Shown here: positions 11,797 to 22,862 of the stretch, in pieces
How positions within the stretch are numbered: the stretch's first letter is position 1
Layout of the letters: every line of letters begins with the position of its first letter
Origin: Takakia lepidozioides
Taxonomy: Eukaryota; Plantae; Bryophyta
Assembly (NCBI GenBank): GCA_030704615.1
Contig: CM060732.1
Location: 58,590,001 to 58,654,000 of the forward strand
Direction of reading: 5' to 3'
DNA length: 64,000 bases
Notes under the pieces: model-generated
Databases searched by the model: none
What the model was told of the DNA's origin: nothing
Seen by the model: only the letters and a program-made list of their open reading frames with translations
Made by a program: the position numbers and the translations under genes

Positions 11797-13400
11797 TTTT
11801 TTTTTTTTTTTTTTTTTTTTTAACACCAAAACGTTCTCGCCATTAAAAACTGTTCCTATGTTATCTACGGGTTCCCGAGGCCGTTCTCCGACTATGCTGA
11901 CTCCGGGGCTTTGATCCTTCACGCTTGTATCATTCTAAACCAAGTAGCTCCCTGACCCAAGCTCGTATCAACAGTACACACCTCTGCTCAACAGGCTTAG
12001 CAACCCATAGGCTACTTATCCCCAACCTCTACACTCTAGTGAAACAGGATCAGGCCAAGATGAGCAACGAAGAAGAAGGCTCTGCTCAGCTGAGCCCAAT
12101 TGAAGAAGACGAAGAGGTCAGTGACATGCACGTCTCCGATGAGTCATACTTCTTTGACGACCAAGTACTGCAACCCAAGTCCGCCCGAGACCCGATAGAG
12201 GTCACCAACGAAGAGGTCAACTCGCCCCAGGAAATGCGATCATCCAAGGCCGATTTCTCTCCCCAACAAGGAGCCCCTCCGCCTACAGATCCAGCATGCC
12301 AGCAGGGGGGGTTCACACCAGCCCCAACCTCAACCGACTTTCCAGCACCATCAACAGTGACGAAGGCAGCTCACACTCCGAACCCAAGAAATCCAGGGGG
12401 CCCCCCTCAAACGAACATCCGTCAATTCTCGAAGGCACTAACTCCCAGTCCCCGCCGCAACTGTGGATGGGCTATCAGGTCCTCCAACAACATGTGCTGG
12501 ACCGGAACTGCTCATAATCAAGGAGATGCAATCCACCGCGGAGCTCAAACAGCTTGGGCTAAAGGCCTCCAAAATCCATGAACTCAGGTACTGCTTGAAA
12601 GCTTTTCCCCACGTACCACAATTATATTTCCCTGCCACTAGACCAGATGGGAAAGATGGGCAGCTGTACCCACTCACCCAGCTTCCAAAGGGCATGAACG
12701 TCGACCCCGAATCGGGCCTGTCTGCAATACCACATCACATAATCATACGATTTGACAAGGATACAGACATGCCCAAGGAGCATGCTCTATACCGTGCAAA
12801 GAAAAGGTTCGCAGATATGAACATCCCCTTGGGGAATATTTTGTACTCCCCAATCACGGCATACACCAAACATGCAAGCAAACTATGGTCAGGGTCACTC
12901 AAAGTCGAGCTGCTGAACCCGACCACTGACGGGATTGCGCTGCTCAAGGGCAACAGGGCCTTTGTTATGGCGATGGCTTCCGGGATCAGGCTGCAAGGTA
13001 AAATTGAAAAGGCCTTTGACATGCTGGCATCCCCGGACTACCTCTCTCTTTACTTGAACAGTGAGACACTGCTGGGCACCATCAGTTACAAGCTCACAAT
13101 GCACTTCATCATGGAAGCGTACTACCACGATGACGAGTTCAAAATCATGAACGTGTACAAGCCAGGCCCTGCAAGAATCCCAGCATATACACGCAGTGGT
13201 GTAACAAGCCCCCGACACAGGTGCTAGGCAGGCTGGTGAGATTCAAGCCACACACAAATAGCCTGAACGGCTCAGCACCCACTGCCAACGAAATCCTGGA
13301 GCGCCTCCAAGTCGCCAATATAAATCAAGCCCAGCCAGCCCAAACGGGGGATTCCGACCAATGGTCCTTCTCGCGTTGCAGCATGAGTGCCCTCATAAAC
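11797..13400 (+). mobile_element. Poly(T) tract followed by a frameshifted unknown ORF (12060-13227), antisense to copy 1; possibly an inserted LINE ORF1-like fragment
   Basis: About 25 T at 11797-11821. Overlapping ORFs 12060-12581 (acidic, Pro-rich) and 12463-13227 (globular-looking). Confidence 0.4.
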
Positions 13401-13625
13401 TGAGCACGGCAGGCCTCCTTGTCTCCCAGGCTGATTATTGTTGGCTTTGAACTGTTGCAGCACCACTTCAAATGGTTTCCGCCTTCCTGTTCTGCTCCAC
13501 TTGGCACACATAGCCAGTCTAACTGCAGACTCCCTGTGACCAAGCTATATTATAATAGTGCTTAAAAACAAAAAACATTGTATCTAGCTTAGCACTAGAA
13601 AACTAGATAGAGCATCTCTCTCGAG

Positions 13626-13979
13626 TGATAGAAAAACTAAAGGACACACTGTTCACACAAGAAACATGAAAACCAACACCATCACTCTTTAAAATAGTAG
13701 TCGAGCCAGGGGCACCCCAAGCTATGGGGACTCCACCCCACAACAACCTATCATCCCTTCATAAGCGTACTCAGCTTCTAAAGCATGAAGGAGCTCGGTC
13801 GCGCAGGCTCAACTCGAGAAAGATGAGCTGCGCGACTGACGCTCTCGTGAAGATAAGATGGTTCAGGTGTCAAGCTCAAACTTGACACCTGACTTAACAC
13901 TTGAACTAAATCCAAGTGTTAAATACAAATAACTAGTTTTATTCTAGTTAGTTTCACACAGTGTTTATTTATCTTGACA
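13626..13979 (-). repeat. 5' terminal repeat B of copy 1 (no A repeat and no evident tRNA PBS next to it)
   Basis: Matches 2988-3340 with about 10 substitutions and 1 indel by eye. Reads TGTC...ATCA on the minus strand. Confidence 0.93.
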
Positions 13980-13983
13980 CCTT

Positions 13984-14915
13984 GCTCAAGGTGATGCCAA
14001 AAGCGGCATCATGAGCGGTCGCAAGCAATGTTGTTGCAGTAAGGCGATTCGATCCTCGGGGAGGATCGTTCCTTGGCCTTGAAGTAGGCCAAGAAGAGTG
14101 CACTGGGAGGAGCTTGAGAGGCTCCACCCTTGGCCGGGACTTGGAGGAAGTCGGCCGAACTAGCTAGTGGAGAGTAGAGTCAAGTATGGGGTTTGGTTCT
14201 TTGCCATGGGACGCCATGGTACGGAAACAAACTCCTTGATGTGGGACGCCACAACTTGGATGTTCGTTTCCTCAAAATGGACAAGCCGATGAGGACATCG
14301 ACTCCCTGTTGGTAGGGGTGTGTGTCGCGGCCCTTTGTCTTGAGGGCAGGGGGTCGGGACACAAGAGGGGCTGCCCCTGTGGTGGGGGTAGTGGCAGCGA
14401 TAGGTATGGGGGGCTGAAGCACCCTTGAGTGCCCAAGGCACTCAAGGAGGCGGAGGCGCTCACTAGGTGGAGCCCCGCACACCGGGTTGCGGTGGGGGTG
14501 GCTCCACAAGGGGTGGTGGTAGCTTAGCGGGACTTAGTGGGGGTGGCATAGGACTCACCCTGGGGCGGAGACCTCGTGGTGGGAGTCGTGGGGAGTCTTG
14601 GGACTCATCACGGTCCATAGGGGCCGTGGTGGGTGGGCCAAGACTCACCGCGACTCATCACCTGGAGTCGAGGGTGTTCGTGGTGGTTCGTCATAAAATG
14701 GCATGGTTGTTTGTGAAACCCCGCGGACAGCTACAGAAGTATATATAGGGAGTAGTAACCCTGAGAACGGTGCAAGCCCGTTGGTGACCAAAAAACTAGT
14801 GAGTAAGCGAGCGAGCCGGAAAGCGACCAAAGAGTGGGGAGCTGTTCCGGACTGCCAACTACCAAAGGGAATTCCGTTGGTTCCAAATCGTTGGAGGGTT
14901 CTTTGGGAGATTATT
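13984..14915 (+). repeat. LTR-like sequence, probable continuation of the chromovirus LTR; homologous to 51908-52480
   Basis: 14225-14905 aligns with 51911-52470 (acaaactccttgatgt...gagggt). Confidence 0.7.
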
Positions 14916-14924
14916 TGGAAAAAC

Positions 14925-17900
14925 AGGCTAAAATGTGTCGAGGAAGGTGCCTTCATTAGCAGCACCTCATTCTATCAATTGTGCTGCCGCTACTGTTTCC
15001 ACTTGCAACAATTGACCATCTACTCCAGCTGATTTCTTTTAGCTATTGATCCCTCAGCCTGAACCTGAACATGAATCTGGACCTCTATCCCAGGTCCCTC
15101 AGCTATCCCTGCCTGTGTACAGATCATGAATACATCCCTCAGCCTTGCTGCTAGCAGCTGGGCGTGAAGTTCTTCCAGAAAACACCCCAACCTAGGACTT
15201 AACAATAGTTCCAAGTCTGAATTGCAACTGCTTCTCTCTGTAGTCGAACAAGCACTCACCTTTTTGTCTCCATTGTCCCCCTACTGACTGGGGTCGGAAA
15301 GTGTTCATCCCAAAGCTTCTCTTCATCTTGTTATCTGTTTTTGGGTACTTTCCTGTTGCCACATCAGCAGTAACTTGTCAAAGTCACTCCAAACCACCCC
15401 ACATCCATCCAACGAGCTAACTTACAGCATTCAATATGTAAATTCAGGGCTGGGTCTGATGAGAGGGAAAAATAGGCTGAAATAGGTCGAAGAAGAAGGT
15501 GCCCTCACCACATTGTCCTCGACCTTCTGTCATGACCCATGGAGGATTACTCTGACCATGCACCCAAGAGGAACTCTTGTGTGTGCGAGGTGTGTGCTGC
15601 TTCCACAGGGAATTGTAGGCGATCTGGAGCTTGAAATCCGGCCCTCTTGGATGAATCTGGACCCACACTGCTCCCTGCTCCTTCAGCTATCCATGCCTCT
15701 GCACAAATCATGCATACATCCTTGCCTTGATGCTAGCAGCTAACAATAACACTCTAGAATTGTTCCAGCAAACACCCCAACCCTACTTATCACACTAGTT
15801 CCTATGTTGACTTGCGTCTGCTTCCAACAGGCATTCACCTTTTTGCCTGGATTGTTCCAACTTCCACCATTGACTGGGGTTGGAACTGTATTCATTCCAA
15901 AGCTTCTCCACATCTCTATTATTTGTTTTTCGATATTTTCCTGTCGACCACATTGGTAGTAACATGTCAAAATCATAGATCCACCAACGCGCTAACTTGT
16001 AGAATTCAACATGAAAATTTAGGGATGACTCCGATAGCAGGGGAAAATAGGGTGAAATATGTTGAAGAAGGTACCTTCATTAGCAGTGGGCCTTGTTCTA
16101 TCAATTGTGTTGCTGCCATTGTTGTTTCCAGTTGACCATCTACCCACTTGTAGCCGTTGTGCTATTGAAGAAGGTGCCCCCCCTTCCCCCATCATTTGAT
16201 CATAGGTCTCCAAAGCCTCCATACCATGTCCCTGCTGTGCATACCCTGCAAGCATCGCGTTCCATGACACCACATTTGGTTCAGCCATAGTGTTGAAAAC
16301 TTCCCTTTTCATCCTTAATGCACCCACATTTGGCATAGACGTCCACTAGAGGAGTGTTCAGGATGACATCTGGTACAATTCCAGCTTTGACAATGTCACC
16401 ATGGACCTCTTTCCCCTTTTCCAGAGGTCCCAGGCTTGCACATGCATTGCAAACATGCGGAAGCGTGATGTGGTTGGGCTTCACCCCTCTGCGCAACATT
16501 TGCTCATAGGTCGCCAAAGCATTCCTACCACACCCATGTTTGGTAAATCCTGCCAGCATTATATTCCACATGATCAAAGATCGCTGAGGCATTCTGTAGA
16601 AATCTTGGCGAGCATCCATGATGCTCCCACACTTAACATACATGTTGACAAGGGTGTTGAGTAGAAAAAAACATTTGGCATGAATCCACTTTGGATAATG
16701 TGAGTGTGCACCTGATTCCAGCTTCCAGACCTAGAGCCTTTGTCAGTCTGCCTGCCTCACAAAGCATCTTCACATGCCCCGCAGAAAAGGCATTGTGGAC
16801 TCCCTCTCTTGATCCTCTTTCAGAAGCTGCGGTCATGGTTGAGGACGTGCCTGATTTTATCAACTGTGCCGCTGCAGCTATTGCCTTTAGTTGACCATGT
16901 ACGCATTTAGGTTTCTTGTAGCTATTGATCCACATGGAATCACAGGTAATCTGGAGCTTGAAGTCCGGCCCTCTTGGATGAATCTGGACCCACACTCTAT
17001 CCCTTCTCCTTCAGCTATCCATGCCTCTGCACAAATCATGCATTCATCTTTGCCCTTGCTGCTAGCAGCTGACAATGACAACCTAGGAAACACCCAATCA
17101 CACTAGTTCCTATGCTGAATTGCGTCTGTTACTCTCTGTCATCTAATAGGCATTCAATTTTTTGCCTCGGTTGTTCCACCATTCACTGGGGTCAACAAAG
17201 TATTCATTCCACACCTTCTCCTCATCTCTGTTATCTGTTTTGGATACTTTCCTGCCACATCGGCAGTTACTTGTCATAGTCATTCCAAACCACCACAGAT
17301 CCACCCAACAAGCTAACTTACAGAATTCAATTTGCATCTCAGGGCCGAATATGATGAGAGGGCAAAACGGGCTGAAATAGGTCGAAGAAGAAGGTGCCCT
17401 CACCACATTGTCCTTGACAATTCAATATGTAAATTCAGGGCCGAGTCTGATGAGAGGGAAAAACAGGCTGAAATAGGTCGAAGAAGAAGGTGCCCTCACC
17501 ACATTCTCTAAGGCCTTCATACCACGCCCCTGCTGTGCACACCCTGCAAGCATCATGTTCCACGTGATGAAAGATCGTTGAGGCATTCTGTTGAACAGCT
17601 GGTGAGCATCCATGATGCTCTCGCACATAACATACATGTTGACAAGGGTGTTGAGTAGAAAAATATTTGGCGTGCACTTTGGATAATGTGAGTATGCACC
17701 TGCTTTCTAGCTTCACTTGGCCTTTCATCTTGATGCACTTATGCAAGAGACAGACATACGTATCTGAATCTGCTGAAATGCCTCCTTGGTTTAAAGTCAG
17801 TAGAGCCTCTTTCAGTCTGCCCTCTCTCGAGTGATAAGAAAGCTTGAAAGGACACACACTCTCAACACAAGAAATAGGTTATCCATCAACGCCGAACAAA

Positions 17901-20830
17901 GCATCTTCACATGCCCATAAGTGCCAGAAGAGGCATTGTGGACTCCCTCTCTTGATCCTCTTCCAGAAGTTGTGGTCATGATTGAGGTGCCTGACTTTAT
18001 CAACTGTGCCGCTTCAGCTGCTGCCTTTGGCGATGCAACCATGCACCTCTTTGCATCTGGTAATTTGACAGGCATTCACTTTGGTACAATTCCAGCTCTG
18101 AAGATGTCGCCATGTGGACCTCTTTCCCCTTTCCAAAGCTGCCAGGGCAGTGTTCAGATTGACATTTGGTACAATTCCAGCTTTGATGATATCCCCATGC
18201 ACCTCTTTGCCTTCTCCAGGCCCGCAGCTAGGCTTGCACAAGCATTGCAAATGCACACAAACATGATGTGCTTCCATTGCTCATAGATCTCCAAAGCCTC
18301 CATTCCACATCCCTGCTGTGCATACCCTGCAAGCACATCATATCGCACTCCACGACACCACATGTCGTTCAGCCATAGTGTCGAACACTCCCTTTGCATC
18401 CTAGATACACCCACATTTTGCAAACATGTTCAACAGGGTATTGTTCAGAATGTCATCTGGTACAATTCCAACTCTGAAGATGTCGCCATGCACATCTTTC
18501 CCCATTTCCGAAGCTGCCAGGGCAGTATTCAGATTGACATTTGGCACAATTCCAGTTTTGATGATATCCCCATGCACCTCCTGCCCTTCTCTAGGGCTGC
18601 CAGGCTTGCACGCACATTGCAAATGCACACAAACATGATGTGCTTCCCCCATCCTTTGCTCATAGCTCTCCAAAGCCTCCATCCCACGTCCCTGCCATGC
18701 ATACCTTGCAAGCATCGCACTCCATGACACCACATTTGCTCGTTCAGCCATAGTGTCGAACACTCCCTTTGCATTCTAGATGCACCCACATTTTGCAAAC
18801 ATGTTCACCAGGGTTTTGTTCAGAATGACATCTGGTACAATTCCAACTCTGAAGATGTCGCCATGGACCTCTTTCCCCTTTTCCAAAGCTGCTAGGGCAG
18901 TGTTCAGATTGACATTTGGCACAATTCCATTTTTGATGATATCCCCATGCACCTCTTGCCCTTCTCCAGGCTGGCTGCCAGGCTTGCACAAGCATTGCAA
19001 ATGCACACAAACATGATGTCCTTCCCCCGTCATTTGCTCATATCTCTCCAAAGCCTCCATCCCATGTCCTTGCTGTGCATACCCTCGCACTCCACGACAC
19101 CACATCTCGGTCAGCCATAGTGTTGAACACTCCCTTTGCATCCTAGATCCTAGATCCCTTTGCACCCACATTTTGCAAAACATGTCTACCAGGGTATGGT
19201 TCAGAATGACATTTGGTACAATTCCAGCTCTAAAGATGCCGCCATGGACCTCTTTCCCCTTTTCCAGAGCTGCCAGGGCAGTGTTCATAATGACATTTGG
19301 TACAATTCCAGCTTTGATGATACCCCATGCACCGCTTTGCCCTTGTCCAGGGCTCAATGCACCCACATTTTGCATACATGTCCACCAGTATATGGTTCAG
19401 AATGACATTAGGTACAATTCCAGCTTTGATGATACCCCATGCACCTCTTTGCCCTCGTCCAGGCTCGATGCACCCACATTTTGCATACATGTCCACCAGG
19501 GTATGGTTCAGACTGACATTTGGTACAATTCCAGCTTTGAAGATGTCGCCATGGACCTCTTTCCCTTTTTCCAGAGCTGCCAGGGTAGTGTTCAAAATGA
19601 CATTTGGTACAATTCCAGCTTTGATGATATCCCCATGCACCTCTTTGCCCTTGTCCAGGGCTGCCAGGCTTGCACAAGCATTGCAAATGCACACAAAGTG
19701 GTCGGGCTTCACCCCCTCCCCCATCATTGGATCATAGGTCTCCAAAGCCTCCATCCTAGGTCCCTGTTGTGCATACCCTACAAGCATCGCACTCCACAAA
19801 CACCACATCTCGTTCAGCCATAGTGTCAAAAACTCCCTTTGCATCCTCAATGCATCCACATTTGGCATACATGTCCAGGTCAGGGCAGTGTTCAAAATGA
19901 CATCCGGTGCAATTCCAGCTTTGACCGATGTCACCATGGACCTCGTTCCCCTTTTCCAGGCTTGCACACGCATTGCAAACACATACAAACGCGATGTGGT
20001 TGGGCTTCACCCCTTCGCGCATCATTTGCTCACAGGTCTCCAAAGCATTCGTACCACGCCCATGCTTGGTAATCCTGCCAACATTATATTCCACGTGATC
20101 AAAGATCGTTGAAGCATTCTGTGTTGAACACTTAGTGATCGTCCATGATGCTCCCCTTAACATACACGTTGACAAGGTTGTTGAGTAGAAAATCGTTCAA
20201 CGTGAATCCACTTTGGACAATGTGAGTATGCACCTGCTTTCCAACTTCTAGGCCTTTCATCTTGATGCACTTATGCAAGAGACACACATACATATCTACA
20301 TCTGCTGAAATGCCTCTTTGGTTTAAAATCTGTAGAGCCTCTTTCAGTCTGCCTACCTCATAAAGCATCTTCACATGCCCATAAGTGCCAGAAGAGGCAT
20401 TGTGGACTCCCTCTCTTGATCCTCTTCCAGAAGCTGTGGTCATGGTTGAGATGCCTGATTTTATCAACTGTGTTGCTACAGCTGCCGCTTCCAGCTAACC
20501 ATCTACCCATGGAGGTTTCTTGTAGTTATCCTTCCACAGGGATCCATAGGTAATCTGGAGCTTGAAAATTCGACCCTCTTGGATGAATATGGACACACAC
20601 TCTATCCTGCTCCTTCAGCTATCACTGCCTCTGCACAAATCATGCATACATCCTTGCCTTGCTGCCAATGCGATCATCGCACTCCACGACACCACATCTC
20701 GTTGAGCCACAGTCGAATTCTACCTTTGCATCTTCAATGCTCCCGCATTCGGCATACATGTCCACCAGGGCGGTGTTCAGAACGACAAACCCTACAATTC
20801 CAGCTTCATGATGTCACCATGGATGGACCT
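14925..20830 (-). pseudogene. Degenerate tandem array of OSB-type PDF motifs and PLS-class PPR repeats
   Basis: PPR consensus NTALVDMYAKCG..DA..VF..M.ERDVVSWNAMLAGYAQQG.G.EAL..Y.QM..EGVKP..FVCICNACASL.ALEKGKEVHGDI is repeated many times. PDF-like segments WNEYFVDPSEWWNNRGKK and IHPRGPDFK..T.DS.W....KKP.WV. Numerous frameshifts and stops. Confidence 0.85.
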
Positions 20831-21089
20831 TCCATGTCACTTCCAAGTGGAGGCAGTACATATTAAAATATCTATTCCCCCAAGGCCACATATTCTTTAT
20901 CTGTTTTTGTGAAACACACGTCAGCAAATGTGCCCCCCGAATCACGGGTGCAATCAATGCGCAGTGGTTATGGAGTCATTGAGTTGACTACATATTCACT
21001 TTAATGAATAAATATCTTTATTCCATTTCCACAAGGTAACCGGGTAGAGAACCTGTTGCGGCTTATGGTTTGGAATACTAGATTCATAT

Positions 21090-21240
21090 TGTCGCGCACC
21101 TCATTTCGGTAAGCTCTCCCCTCAAGTCAATGTTACTCGCTTGATGCGCGCGCCTAACTTCCAACTTGGCCGCCGGGCCAACTTGGAGCTCCGGCTGCTC
21201 ACCGGGGCATAACGGTCCCCCTTTGGGTTGGGGTGTATGA
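21090..21240 (-). repeat. Inverted 3' end of the LTR family seen at 13984-14915 and 51908-52610
   Basis: Reverse complement matches 52478-52610 and ends in ...GCGCGACA. Confidence 0.85.
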
Positions 21241-21990
21241 ACAAATCTAGGCTGTCATCATCAGCTGCTAGCAGCAAAACAATGATATATGCATGATTTG
21301 TGCAGAGGCATAGATAGTTGAAGGAGCAGGGATAGAGTGTGGGTGCAGATTCACCCAAGAGGGCCGGGCTTCAAGCTCCAGATTGACTCTATAGCTACAA
21401 CAAACCTGCATGGGTAGATGGTCATCTGGCAGCAGCGGCATAATTTATAAAATCAGACACTGCTAATGAAGGCATCTTATTCAACACATTTCACCTTGTT
21501 TTTCCCTCTAATCGGAATCGGCCCTAAATTTCCATGTTGAATTCTGCAAGTTAGCTGGTCGAGTGAATCTAGTTTGGAGTGACTTTGACATGATACTGCC
21601 AATGTGACAACAGGAAAGTATCAAAAAACAAGTAACAGAGATGAGGAGAAGTTGTGGAATGAATACTATTCTGCCTCAGTCAATGATGGGACAACCAAGA
21701 CAAAAAGGTGAATGCCTGTTACATTTCATAGACTAGCAGACGCATTCAGCATAGGAACTAGTGTGAGAAGCTGAGTTGGATGTTTCCTAGAATAAATCTA
21801 GGCTATCATTGTCAGCTACTAGCAGCGAGGCAAGGATGAATGCATGATTTGTGCAGAGGCATATGTAGCTGAAGGAGCAAAGAGAGTGTGGGTCCAGATT
21901 CATCCAAGAGGGCCAGATTTCAAGCACAAGATTACCTATGATTCCCTGTGGATCAATAGCTACAAGAAACCTGCATGGGTAGATGGTCTA
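21241..21990 (+). pseudogene. Two PDF-motif units in plus orientation; the second is split by a 190-bp GT-AG intron (21708-21897)
   Basis: RDEEKLWNEY...KK|gtgaatg...ccag|IHPRGPDFKHKITYDSLWINSYKKPAWVDG. Confidence 0.75.
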
Positions 21991-22862
21991 TTCCGTGGGA
22001 CTCAATCTGTCACTGAGTCTTGCATTATGAGGATCACAATTGCTTGGCAGCTTACCTGCATGAGGCCTTGACCCTTAGGCAATCCCCAGAGCAGTAGTAG
22101 CTTTGGGCTACTTTTTTACTTTGGTTTTTTCATTTTGTATCATAAGCTCTTTGAACTTTCCGCAGATGTAATAAAGTACCATTTGTTTCATTTCATTTCA
22201 TTTCATTTCATTTTCATTTTGTTTTGTTTCATGGCATGTCTTTCATTGTTTTCGCATTTCTAATGACATGATTAGTTCTCTTGTATGGCATTACATGCGT
22301 ATGTACTAGTCAGCTCATTAAAAACACCAAAACTTTAAAGCATGAACCACTATGAGTGATTGTTCAAGTAATTTCGAGCACTTCATTTAAAGTAGTAAAG
22401 CAGTGGTTGCGTCGACTTCCGCAGTCGCAGTTGGCACTGGGCATGTAGCACTGCAAGTTATGTGGTCAACTACCACGTGGCGCGCCCTGGGCCCGTGGTA
22501 GCAGTGCTGTTCGTCGTGGTGCCGCCACGTCATCGTCCACATCGTCGTCCACATCGTCGTCCACGTCCGCGTCCATGTGTCACCGCGCTCCGGTGAGTTA
22601 GTCCACTCATCCGGAGGGTAAAGTCAAAGTCAACCCAAAAGGTCAGACACACGGGCGGCCCGCCTGGTTACGCCACGTGGTTTTTCAGCATTAATCACAA
22701 TAATCGCTGAGCAGTTGTTCGCGCGTCTACGTCCTTTACCACTCCAATCATTGGATGTCCGTCCCAACTTCCACGTCTGTTGTAACTAGTCGTTTGTAAC
22801 TTCCAGTCGATCCCGGTTTTTTTACTTTTACGACTCAAAATGAGTCGTTACCCCAGTGGTAA

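Larger units (their letters stand above)
2902..13979 (-). mobile_element. Full-length DNMT/PHD-carrying Ty3/Gypsy retrotransposon (copy 1) with split terminal repeats and 4-bp TSD CCTT
   Basis: TG...CA ends. CCTT at 2898-2901 and 13980-13983. Repeat B at both ends. gag, PR, DNMT, RT, RH, INT and PHD occur in order on the minus strand. Confidence 0.9.

Noticed and set aside
14925-20830. Functional PPR editing-factor gene
   Set aside because: Frameshifts and stops every few hundred bp, and no E/DYW domain.
22180-22830. (TTTCA)n and CCACGTGG-rich GC block as a promoter or TE end
   Set aside because: No partner TIR, TSD or downstream gene to support a call.
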